A stretch of 64,000 nucleotides of DNA from Chara braunii (taxonomy: Eukaryota; Plantae; Charophyceae): the NCBI GenBank assembly GCA_003427395.1, contig BFEA01000004.1, forward strand, positions 2,927,605 through 2,991,604, in the 5' to 3' direction. Shown one piece after another: positions 38,640 through 49,886 of this stretch. Each line of letters opens with the position of its first letter. Position 1 is the first letter of the stretch. Position numbers and translations under genes: made by a program. Below the pieces are notes generated by a model. The model did no database searches, was not told where the DNA came from, and worked only from the letters and a program-made list of their open reading frames with translations.

Positions 38640-40838
38640 TGGCCTCTGGGCCCACGGTGTACGGAGGGACTGGGGGAGACTACACAGGACCACGGAACTT
38701 CACATTCAGCATTGTGGGGGGTAAGGGCCATTGACGAGAGAAATGACGGGTGTAGGGAGTTGCGACCACAGGAGCGTGATCCTGTGGATGAGATGCAGGA
38801 TTTCCTGTACGAGGAGGCTAGGCGAGCAGAGGCGAGGGGCGGAGAGGAGGGTGGAGCCACAGGGACAGCACCAGATTTGTCGGGAGAGGAGGTAGTTTCG
38901 ACTGCGCGAGGGAGTAGGGCCGCACACCAGCATGAGGCAGACGCACGGGGGCGAGCGGGGAAGAGGACAGTCGTGAGTGGAGACGAAGGAGTGCCGCAAG
39001 CGCGCAAAAGACAGCGGCAATCGAGATTGGATGAGGTGTACGATCCAGATGGTCAGTCCGGTTTCAGGGACTCATTTCTACAGTGGGTATACGTCGTCGG
39101 TCTCCAGCTTGTGGCATTCAAGAGGCAGTCATGCCTTCCTCACAAGAAGTAGATGGCCGCTATGGCTCGTGGAGTGCGGGCTTTGTATCCGTATTTCAAG
39201 GAGATTGGTGGGTCGGGTATTGTTGATCAGCGAGGGAAGTTTGCCGCGAGTTGCGGTGCATTTGGGGCCACCATTTTGTCAGAGGATAGGCAATCAAGAG
39301 ACGCTAGGCCGTTAGTGAACTTCCTTGCAGTGGGCAAGCGTGGTTCCCTTATGTACGCCACCGTATGCCGAGACGGCAGTGCTCAGGAGGTGGAAGGTCA
39401 TTTTTCGGTCTTTCCCTCTTAAGGATGTGTTGGCTATTTGCACAGACGCTGCGTCTAACTATACGCCGGCCGCAAAGCGTCTTGCCAAGGACGCTGATCC
39501 CTTGTTCCGTCGTATCACTTGGCTCCCATGTTCGACCCACTTATGCAACTTGACGTTGTCTGACATGGGGACACGGGTTCCCTTGGTGACGAACACCATA
39601 TACCGGGCTCGGACGTTGGTAAATCGCACGGTGCTTCTTATCACCTCTTCAGGTCGAAGAGTCGTCGCCGATCACTTGTGCACCCCGTGGAGCCGCGATT
39701 CCCGTCCGTCTTTTTTATGTTTGTGTGTTTTCTCGCTAGGTGTAATACCTTGGAGAGCATGCTTCATAACGACGAGTGGAACAAGATCCCATGGGATCCG
39801 AGGTTGCATACAAAGGCTCTATAGGTTCGACAACTCATCCGGTGTGCCGATTTATGGCGCAACGTTGTGCACGTCGTCGCCGTCATGACCCCAGTCCACT
39901 AGTTGTTGAGGAAATTCGATACGGGTGGCATGATCATGTCCATAATGTACTCATGGTCACAGGAGTTGGTGCGGCAGGTGGCGGTTGTCGTCGAGGTTCC
40001 GAATGACATGCGGCAACCGTGCGTGGAGGCGGTGCAGATCCGCACGATGCATATGCTTGAGCATGCACACGCTACTGTGCACCTTCTCAACCCCCGCAGA
40101 CATTCCCTCCGTTACTACGACTCCATCTCTAGGACAGCCGAGGACCTCGAGGTGGTCACCGACTGCGACTCTTTCCTATTAGCGTAGACAGGCGTTGACC
40201 GGGCGGGAGAGGCATATTTACGGGTGCGCGAGCAGATACAATCGTTCCACGCTCGGGTCGGGCACATGACCGACAGGGGGACGAGAGACGCTGAGGCGGA
40301 GGCTTGTGTTGGGGATGACGAGACAGCCAGATGCGTGTCATGGTGGGTGAAGCACGACGCATGCTTCCTAGAGTTGCAGAAGATCTCTGGTCGTGTGATG
40401 CATATGTGGACGCCGCCTCTCCTGCTGAGAGGAATTGGAGAGAGCATAAGCGCATCCATACGGCGAAGCGCAATAAGCTCAGGTTCAGGAAGGTCGCGCG
40501 GTTAGTTGAGATTGTAACAAATCTCAAACTACTTGGATGCAACGAGCGGAGTGGGGCTTGCGCTCTTCCGTGGGGTCACCTGACGACCTTGGCGCAGGCG
40601 CATTCGAAGGAGTACACCCACCCTCTGGACGACGACTTGGATGTGGAGGAGGATCGTGAGCCCGAGGATTGGGAAGCGAGAGCTCAGTCAGCAGTGTGGA
40701 CACAAGAGATCAGTGCACAACTTCGTCGCTTCCAGCAGTAGGGTTCTCGTCGGCCAGTGGGGGTTGCAGAGGTTTTTGGTGCTAGAGTCGTGATACTCCA
40801 TCCTTACGACTACGTGCCTCCACCGCCAACAGAGACGG
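38640..40838 (+). pseudogene. hAT transposase (DUF659-type catalytic region plus C-terminal dimerisation domain), frameshifted
   Basis: GATILSED..SRDARPLVNFL, AICTDAASNY, WLPCSTHLCNL.LSDMG, HATVHLLNP, SWW, and AERNW..HKRIHTAKRNKL...LV...NL. The frame resumes at 48887. Confidence 0.9.
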
Positions 40839-41794
40839 TGTCGGTGCGAATACCCTTACAAGGGTATCCGCCGTGGTTTTTGCAAGTGACAGAAAATAGT
40901 TGTAATCTAGAGTTTAAGTATACCGCGCTAAGCGCGGTTGCGTCTGTAATTGCGTTGACTAGGTGGTTGACCACAATAGCGAGTGCGTGGGCGCGCAGGT
41001 TTAAGGCGCGCGTGATTCTTTTTCTGATATTGATTGTAAGGCCGATCCGGACCTCGTTTTGCTTATTGTTATTATTTATTTATTTTTTATTAAGCAGGAA
41101 TTAAGGATATTTCTTTTGATTGGTACTTATATAAGCAAGCCGGCGCAGGCAAATGGGGGCCACGCAGCCGTTTTGTTGGCCCAAAGCGCCGTGCGGCACC
41201 GTCTCGTATGGTACTCTACGGGCACTAATCTCAGGCTTGGGCATAGCCCTATAGGTTACGACAGGGGGCTGTTACTATGGAGGTTCGGGGATCGAGGCCA
41301 GCAGGCGTCGGCGCAGCGGCAGCCGAGTAGCATGGAGCGAAAACTTGAGGGGTTGAGGGCCCTGTGGGGCTATCCCCCTCGGTTTTGCCTATGGGTGCGG
41401 CGGCGGTCTCAAGCCGCGGGGCTGGCACTGTGCCAGCGATCCCGCGACTCCCCGACGTTACTGTTATTTTATTTTATTTCCCTTTTATCTATTGTTCTGG
41501 GTCCCTTTTCTATCGCGTCCAGTTTTGGGACGCGGGATTGCGGTAGGAGCGCGTGGAGGTGTTGTATTTGCGGGGTCGCCTGAAGTGCAATTACAAACTG
41601 TTTTCGTAGTTATGCCGGGGCGCTGTCCTCAATTGAGGCCCTTCAGGACATCTGTTAAGGTAGGAATGGCGCGGGAAAGGTTCGTGCGGCCACTGCGTAG
41701 GGATGACGTAGTAAAATCCGGGAATGAACCCGGATGCCGACCGGGCCGGGTGCGTGCGCAGTGGGCTGGAGTTGGCACCAACAGAAGCAAGGCA

Positions 41795-41902
41795 CGGCTG
41801 ATGCGCAGATCATTCGTCGGACTTTGGGGTTTAGAGGTAAAGGCTAATTGAACCGCCTAGTAGCCAGCCTCCTCCGGAGTTTCCCGAAGGATAGCTGGAG
41901 CT
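41795..41902 (+). pseudogene. LSU (25S/28S) rRNA-derived segment, copy 1
   Basis: aaaggctaattgaaccgcctagtagc...cctccggagtttcccgaaggatagctggagct aligns by eye to LSU GAAAGACTAATCGAACCATCTAGTAGCTGGTTCCCTCCGAAGTTTCCCTCAGGATAGCTGGAGCT. Confidence 0.75.
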
Positions 41903-42209
41903 GTCAGGGGCNGCTTTCTCACCGTGTCGGACTACGCAGCGACGGGCGGCACCAGAAGGGAGCATCGATCACTACTCCTTGTGGTGTTAGACTTAGCGCG
42001 CTATAGTAAAGCAGGGGCGCCCGGAGGCACCGCTACACTACAGGGAGGACTGAATCACTACTCGGGTGTAGAACTGGTGGAAGCACCGCGGGCCACAGTG
42101 AGTACCAAGGGCCGATGGACAGGCTACGGTAGGAGGTAAGAGCGGAGTACGAGTGTAGTGTAGTACGAACGAACCCGGATGGGTTCTTGCGTCGGGTACG
42201 TGTAGAAAC

Positions 42210-42345
42210 GGAGCGGGGTAGAGGCCGGCGAGGAGGAGGCTCGCAGTACACGGATGGGCAGAACCGCCCGTAGGAACAGGGTATAGGGGCGAAAGACTAA
42301 TCGAACCGGCTGAAAGCCAGACCCTCTCGAGGGTTCTCCGCGGGC
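42210..42345 (+). pseudogene. LSU rRNA-derived segment, copy 2
   Basis: 29-nt match GGGTATAGGGGCGAAAGACTAATCGAACC (42279-42307), preceded by gagcgggg...ggaggctcgcag as in LSU. Confidence 0.8.
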
Positions 42346-42591
42346 TGNGATCACTACTCCTTGTGGTGTTAGACTTAGCGCGCTATAGTAAAGCAGGGGC
42401 GCCCGGAGGCACCGCTACACTACAGGGAGGACTGAATCACTACCCGGGTGTAGAACTGGTGGAAGCACCGCGGGCCACAGTGAGTACCAAGGGCCGATGG
42501 ACAGGCTACGGTAGGAGGGAAGAGCGGAGTACGAGTGTAGTGCAGTACGAACGAACCCGGATGGGTTCCTGCGTCGGGTACGTGTAGAAAC

Positions 42592-42730
42592 GGAGCGGGG
42601 TAGAGGCCGGCGAGGAGGAGGCTGGCAGTACACGGATGGGCAGAACCGCCCGTAGGAACTGGGTATAGGGGCGAAAGACTAATCGAACCGGCTAAAAGTC
42701 GGATCCTCCCGAGGGTTCTCCGCGGGCTGG
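42592..42730 (+). pseudogene. LSU rRNA-derived segment, copy 3
   Basis: Same 29-nt match at 42661-42689, within a ~385-bp tandem duplicate of copy 2. Confidence 0.75.
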
Positions 42731-45470
42731 CCAGATAGTGCTGCGCTGCGCTGCACTGCAGAGGAAGGACGGGTGTCGTGAGAGCGAGGCGGAGCAACGG
42801 GCATGCCGGACAGTGTTGTGCAACAGCGGGCGGAGTGTTGAGGCGGTGTGGCGAAGTGGAGACGAGGTAGAGCAGTAGGCTGACTGGACAGCGGGCCAGC
42901 CTGAAGGTCCAGCGCAGGGGCACGAACGGGGAGTAGAGCAGAGCATCGAAGGGGTGAACCCGGCGCGATTTCGCGCCAGATACGTGCAGCAAGAGAAATG
43001 GCAGAAGTTGGTCATGGCGGAGAGGAAGTACGTCTTCCACACCCTATCCTTGGCGGAATTAAGCGGGGGAAGATGCTAGTTTGATGCTTTTAGGCCGGGC
43101 GAATCACATAGAGAGGTTAGTTGTAGGAGAGAGTGAGTAGAATTAGTGTTAGAAGGAGAAAGGACTGCGCGGAGGCTATGGCAGAGGTGAGGGAGGAAGA
43201 GACGAAGAAATGAATATCTCGCTCGTTTCCGATCGGATTCGACGAAGGAAAGATGATATCCCTGGGTTTTGACCCCGAGCGAATCAGATAGTACTGCTAA
43301 TTTCAGCATTGGGATAGTAGATAGAGAGTTAGTAAAAGATCAGACTGCGCCGAGTAGTCGGGGATGGCGACGAGAAGGAGAAGTCTGAGTTAAAACAGAT
43401 TGGGTCGGTCATTTCTGAACCGAATTTAGTCATTCAAAGGGTGATTTTGGGGGTTTGGGGTTAGGCGATTTGGAATCTGCGGGTGAATTGGCACAATAGT
43501 CAGTAGGGTAGGAGGTATAGTTGTTTTGAGTTGCGCCTAGGGGGGATGGTAGGCTAGTATATGAGTATGGAATGAATCTACCCGTGTTTAGGGGCAGATT
43601 CATTCAACTTCGTATAACCTACTGCCAAGAGCGGCGCGAAGGAACANCGGGGTTGGAAACTTACCTGGTGGCCACCGCAACTCTCTCTCTCCAAAACGCT
43701 TGTTAAGGGGCTCTCTCAGGCCGAGGTATTCACACCATGACAGCGAGTGAACCTGGTCGTACGAGCGACCAGGTGCAGGTGCCTACCAAGACACAGTAGG
43801 GAGCTCGAGGCTGAGCGACGGGGCCGGGCGCGAAACACCTACCACAGAAAGTCAGAGAGGCCAAGTGAACTGGGAGTCAGGCTACGCTAGGGTCGGTGCT
43901 GAGCGACTCGAAGGGGGCACGGTGTAGGGTAGTATGTCTACCCGAGTTTCAGCAGGGAAACACACCCTCAGTTGCTCGCGTCACGAGTGGTGAAATGAGA
44001 TTCGTGACTGTGACCCCGCCATATTGACCTTTACGAGCTCACCTGGACGTTTGTACTTACAGCAGCTACAGTTGTTGTCGTCACCAGGATTCAGTTGGTG
44101 TGTATCCGGGCCCGGCTCATGGTCAACGACTTCACTCCCGCTTAGCAAGGCTCGTGCAGCAGGGCTACTTGGCTTTAGAATGTGTGTCTAGCGGGAATAC
44201 TGGCCGGCTACTTCGAAGGATGGGGAGAGGCGCCAGGTTGGGTTTAAAAGTGGTCCGCCCGGTACTACAGTTGAGATTGGGACTCCGCTTGTACTGTTAG
44301 TCAAAGTGGAGTGACTACAGACGGTGGGTCGTGCAAGAGTATGCTGCGAAGTTGCTGTTGAAACGGGGAAGGGGAATGCTACAGGCGGGATGAGCCAAAC
44401 GGACTGTGGGTTACAGAACTGTGGACTGTGGACTACAAAACTGTGAACTGCGGACTGGCTGTTGGCTGTTACGGCAGACTGCGCACGGACTGTTGCTGTT
44501 GCAGTTGGTTGTTGGGTTACATAGCCGTGCATAGACTACTGCTCCAGGACCATCGCAAGTTGTGCACAGATTGCCACTGCTGAAAACCACGGCTTTTGTT
44601 GTTGGACTGCAGTTATTGCTGTTGGCTAAAGCTGTGACCGACGATATCTGCCGCTGGGTTACTGCTGTTACCGCTGGCTGTTGCCATATGTCGCTGCGTT
44701 TGTGGCAGAACCACAGCTGTTGCTACCTGGTCACTGTCGTATATTGATGTTGCGCCAAGGGACTGCGTATGAATTGCTGCTATGACTAAGGACCGTTACA
44801 CGCTAATAAACGGCCGCGATCGGGCGAGGCTTGGAGAGGTGGCCGGACTGGACGAGGAGGGAAGCTAGTGCTGCGATTTAAAAAGGGTTAGTAGAGGGTT
44901 TGACTTCAACATTTTGAACCGGAACTTTGGTCAAGCTGATACTAATTGGCTGCCATTGCGGGGGCCCTCAGGCGCATCAAGGCAACAAGGCCCTCTCTTG
45001 CGAGACTGAGAGTACCACTCTTGGATCTGAGAGTCTCAAACCTATCTCTTTCTGCCTTTCTAAAATCTAAGTCTACTCTATTGGGTACGAGAGGAAGGCG
45101 GCAGGCGGGATTGCAACCCGTAGGTCCGCGCTAAGGCCTCTGTGGGAGGTTCGCCCCACCGATTGCGGGAGCTCTGCCGGAACCTAGGCGAGGTTCTGGA
45201 GGCAGGGAACCATCAGGTCTATACCTTTTCATCTGTACAACCTACTACCACCCCTGTTTTGTTTATCCCCCTGTAGTATGATTATTGTATCCATGCGATT
45301 GTCCCTATGGTTTTTGCTTTCTCTTCAGGACCTAATTGGACTAACTGGAAAAAAAATGTGTGAGAGTAAAGCCTAAGTTTCTACTTTGTTCTGATTGAAA
45401 GCAGACTAAGGATGAATTGGGGGGAAGGTGGGAGGAAGGTAGACTGCATGTGTTTGACCGGGTCAACCAA

Positions 45471-46166
45471 AGCCTGAGCATTGTTTCTACTGTGAATGGC
45501 TCAGGGCTATGTTTATTTGGCTGTTTTTCTGAAGGACCAGGCATTGCTTCTACTGTGAATGGCCTGGTCGCTGTGTTTATTTGATTGTCTCTGGGGAACC
45601 AGGCATTGTTTCTACTGTGAATGACCTGGTTACCTTAGTTAACTATGAGGGTTTATCTGATTGAAGGGTTTAAATTCTTGTTTATTTTTTAGGGAGGATT
45701 TTTGGTCTAAGGCTAAGCATTATTTCCATGGTGAATGGTTTAGCCTGAAAACCACGCACATAATTTAAACTAAGTATAAAGGAAAATATTTTACGTATAC
45801 TTGCATGTGAACTGGCAGTTGGGCATTGTTTCTACTGTGAATGGTCCAGCGTTAAGCCATATCATTAAGAAGAGAAAAAGGGAAAATACAAATTATAAAT
45901 GGAAATACTTTGGGCAAGCTGAACATTGTTTCTACTGTGAATGGTTCAGTCCCCTGCCCATATTTGTTTTTTCTTTTGAAAACAAAGTCAGAGAAATACT
46001 AAATTTTGGATATTAAACAGCTCAGGGCGGCTAGGCATTGTTTCCATGGCGAATGGCCTAGTCATCTGCCCAAAAGAAGAGAGAAGTAGTTGTGCAACCT
46101 GTTCGTGTATATCTTAGAGGCACGTTGGGCATTGTTTCCATGGCGAATGGTCCAACTTTATGTCTT
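45471..46166. repeat. Array of eight hairpins with conserved core CATTGTTTCTACTGTGAATGG (variant CATTGTTTCCATGGCGAATGG) and variable complementary stems
   Basis: Units start near 45471, 45535, 45597, 45710, 45818, 45918, 46029 and 46124. Each has its own inverted-repeat flank. Confidence 0.9.
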
Positions 46167-46439
46167 ATGTAAGATGGGTATAAGGATTCAAGAACTTGAA
46201 GGTTCATGAACTATCTATATGGAATAAACTTGGAGTGGTGAGAGTACTTACATTAGTGGTTTGATTTGCATGTGACTGGATGGGATGNCNAGTTTGTTNA
46301 ANTTTCATTACTATAGGTAGTTGCTGTAGTTGCTCGCCACGTGCTAGAGCCATAGGAGTTAGTGTCAATTCCTGTTTTTTCTGTAATAACTTTTTTTTTA
46401 CTTAGGTCATTTCCTGCATTTTCTGATATCTTTTTCTTA

Positions 46440-47030
46440 TGCTTGGCCTTGTATAAATCTTCTCAAGCTACTTTTCCTACGGGAAGCGCTGCCGAAATTT
46501 CTACAAAACCAAGAAGTTAGTTAAACTTTTGACTTGTCAGAATTCAGCTTGTCTTTTCCATATATCTGACTTAGTATAAATCTGGGAAGTCTCCCTTTTT
46601 AGAGGGAGTGCTACCCAAATTTCTGCTATTTTCAGGAAGTTAGACAGAATTTGATTATCCAGAGTTACAGGTCATTTCTGTTTTTGTATCTGACTTAGTA
46701 TAAATCTGGGAAGTCTCTTTTTTTAAAGGGAGTGCTGCCCAAATTTCTACTAATTCAGAGAGTTAGACATAATTTGACTTTCCAGGAGTTAGAGATTATC
46801 TCCTGCTTTATATCTGACTTAGTATAAATCTAGAAAGTCTCCTTTTCTAAAGGGAGTGTTGCCCAAATTTCTACTAACTCAGGGGGTTGGACAAGATTTG
46901 GCTTTCCAGAGTTAGAATTTATTTATATTTTTCATATTTAGACTTATATAAATTCTGGAAAGACAATTTTCCTACGGGAAGCGCTGNCAAATTTCCTTGG
47001 TTTAGAGGAGATAGATTATATTTTGACAGG
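46440..47030. repeat. Degenerate ~123-bp tandem array, about 5 copies
   Basis: Recurrent gacttagtataaatctgggaagtctc...gggagtgctgcccaaatttct. Confidence 0.8.
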
Positions 47031-48965
47031 TGGTGATTCAGGCGATCCACCCAGAATAGGTGAGAGTCTGTAGTTGATTTACCTTTAGCTTAAGCATTTG
47101 GTATAAAAGTAGACTTAGGTTTAACTTATAAGGAGATTTTGAGAAAGGATGTATTATGGAATTGTATTCTTAGCTTCGGAATTGGTCTGTCATGTGTTAC
47201 AGGTTCTTTTGATCTTTTGATTCAAGATCAGGATCATATACAACTTGATCCCTTGAGGATCATTATCTGTTATCACTGATAACAGGCCGGTTGCCGATTT
47301 GACGGTCTACGACTCAATTTCAACTCTCCCTCTACACTCAACCTAAAAGGTTTTAGCCCAGGTGATTTTCGTTGTTTTATTAAGGTTTCACCTGGACTTC
47401 TTTTGAATGACCATTTAACAAAGGTACTGAGTATTTAATTAAGGTTGGTTGGACAGGGGGTTTTAAGGCTTGCATGACTAAAGCGAGGGGTATGAGTGTC
47501 GAAGGTGGTTGGGGTTGACTCCGTGTAGTGTGTGGACTGTTGATTTGGCTCGTTGATGTGATGACAGGTATGTGCTATGAATCAGATTTTGGATTTGGTT
47601 GCCTACTATCACACGTGCACGTATTATTGTGAGAGACCCCAGCGAAACTCCGAGAAGTGATCGTCACATACTTAACCTTTATATATGTATACATGGGCAT
47701 GCTTGGGATGAATGTTTGCATGGGTTGAANNNNNNNNNNNNNNNNNNNNNNNNNNNNNNNNNNNNNNNNNNNNNNNNNNNNNNNNNNNNNNNNNNNNNNN
47801 NNNNNNNNNNNNNNNNNNNNNNNNNNNNNNNNNNNNNNNNNNNNNNNNNNNNNNNNNNNNNNNNNNNNNNNNNNNNNNNNNNNNNNNNNNNNNNNNNNNN
47901 NNNNNNNNNNNNNNNNNNNNNNNNNNNNNNNNNNNNNNNNNNNNNNNNNNNNNNNNNNNNNNNNNNNNNNNNNNNNNNNNNNNNNNNNNNNNNNNNNNNN
48001 NNNNNNNNNNNNNNNNNNNNNNNNNNNNNNNNNNNNNNNNNNNNNNNNNNNNNNNNNNNNNNNNNNNNNNNNNNNNNNNNNNNTCAGCCGTGCAATGTCG
48101 TGAAGGGTTGGGCCCTCACGACACTTCAAGTCTGACACTTGAGCGTCATAAGCGGTACTCGGATCCACGAGGGACCGCTTGATTATGGGCACTACATAGT
48201 ACGCCATCATTGCGACTGCTTGCGTACGTTTGCATTGCGAGTCGATATGAGTAGGGCCTGCGTCCGCGCGCTTTTATCCTNACTTTCGCGCGCCACGGCT
48301 ATTCGATTTTGCGTCGGTAAGTTATANGACGGCTACCGAGGGGCTAGAAGCGTTGTCGCGTTGTTTGTGTCATGTTGTTTCATACGTGTGCGTGTACATG
48401 TTTTTATGTTCTTGTGTTCGTAACGTGGAGTGCGCGTGGTGTGTGGGAAGCGTCCTAGTCGTCCGACGATGAGTCGCGCTTGGGACCTCAGCCCCCCCAA
48501 GATGTCGGTTCGCGTGCGGGTCCGATAGAGGCGTATTACCGCGCGTACCCCCTATGCTACAGCGAAAGAGAAACGCCCTCGGCTGGTCCACCTCTGCGAT
48601 TGCAGCTGATTAGCTTTCGTACTGTGGACTGGTAGCTCGGCGGGGATACACCCACAAAAGGGAGGTGAGAGCTCCCGTAAGGTGTAGGTAAGTCGTGCCT
48701 CGCGTAGGCCCTATCCTGTCGTAGGGGATCGCGAGAGGTATGGCTGGCGCACCCGGTCGGAGCGGCTTGTGGAAGCTCCATGTATATTTGCGACGAAGGG
48801 TTGTAAAAACCAACTCCTGCGTGACGCGGCCGGGAGGGTCCCGCGCTGCCCCCGTGCGGTGCCGGACCGATTGCGCCCGACAACGGTGCGGTCATTGAGG
48901 GCACGGGACGCCGTGGCCGATGACGAGGATTGGACGGGCCCTGAGGATTTGACAGTTGGTGTCAG

Positions 48966-49384
48966 TGTCGTACCTCCGTTCACCGTTCACAGGGTCTGTG
49001 ACCGGAGACCGGTCATGGAGTTCACAGAGTTCACGACACGCGAGTTCATGGAGTTCACGGAGAGCGTTTTTTTTTGTTTTTGTTTTTTTTTTAGCTGGGG
49101 GTGTATATTGTTTTTTTTTTAATAGGAGGGTGGGGGTCATCGGAAGGTAACCCCCCACATTTTTTAAAAGTCTTTTTTCTCGAATAATTTTTTTTTTCAA
49201 TTAAAAACGGGAAAAAAAAAAACAACCAGCCAAAATAAGTTTTTTTCGAGTTTTCGCTTGTTATTTTGTACGTTATTTCCAATTTTTTTTCTCTCTTGTA
49301 GCCTTGTAGGTTATTTCGTGGTGCAATAAAGCACCAACCTCAACGGGGTCCGTCACACACAGAGAGAGAGAGAGAGAGAGAGTT

Positions 49385-49437
<53 letters not shown>

Positions 49438-49473
49438 GTTAGAGAAAGAGAGAGAGAGAGAGAGAGAGTTGTT

Positions 49474-49512
<39 letters not shown>

Positions 49513-49886
49513 AAAAAATTTGTTTTTTTCCACCGCTTCTCCTCTGCCAGGGCCCTGTAGGCCTGCGCCAACCCCCACCCACCTCCACTCCCCAAAACAT
49601 TTTTATTTTTATTTTTTCATACACACCTTTTTTTTTTTTCTTTTTTTTTTTTGAAGGCATGGGGGTGTAGAAGGTTCCCGGACCACCCCCCTCCCGCCCC
49701 GATCCCGACCGTTCCGGCCTCCACGTGAACGGTCGTTCACAGATTTTGGCCCTCGTGACCAGCCGGTCACGTTCACGGGACCGGCACTGGTTGGTGTAGA
49801 TAAGAGTGTTGAGAAACTCTACTACACGAACGGTGGAGGACCTAACGGATTTCAGCCACGCATCACCGTCATTTGGGAGGGCGACA
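48966..49886. mobile_element. 0.9-kb LTR-like insertion
   Basis: Termini tgtcg...cgaca. Interrupts the hAT ORF tail. The TSD is only partial (gtcag/atcat). Confidence 0.5.

Larger units (their letters stand above)
40839..48882. mobile_element. 8-kb non-coding LTR-type insertion (giant solo LTR or collapsed non-autonomous element)
   Basis: Termini tgtcgg...ccgaca with 4-bp TSD acgg (40835-40838, 48883-48886). Excision restores the frame PPPTET-VRSLRARDAVADDEDW. Contains a gap at 47730-48083. Confidence 0.85.

Noticed and set aside
41795-42730. Functional rRNA gene
   Set aside because: Only ~100-140-nt diverged fragments inside a TSD-flanked element.
41966-42730. Biological ~385-bp tandem duplication
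   Set aside because: The junction has a single N, so it may be a contig-overlap artefact. The copies do differ at several sites, so this is unresolved.
43647-43670. U1 snRNA 5' end (acttacctgg)
   Set aside because: Only about 10 nt match. It is better explained as a minus-strand splice-donor-like sequence or chance.
45471-46166. CRISPR array (the repeat contains TTTCTACT as in Cas12a repeats)
   Set aside because: Spacer lengths are irregular, the stems lie in the variable flanks, there are no cas genes, and the context is a eukaryotic TE. The match is short and probably chance.
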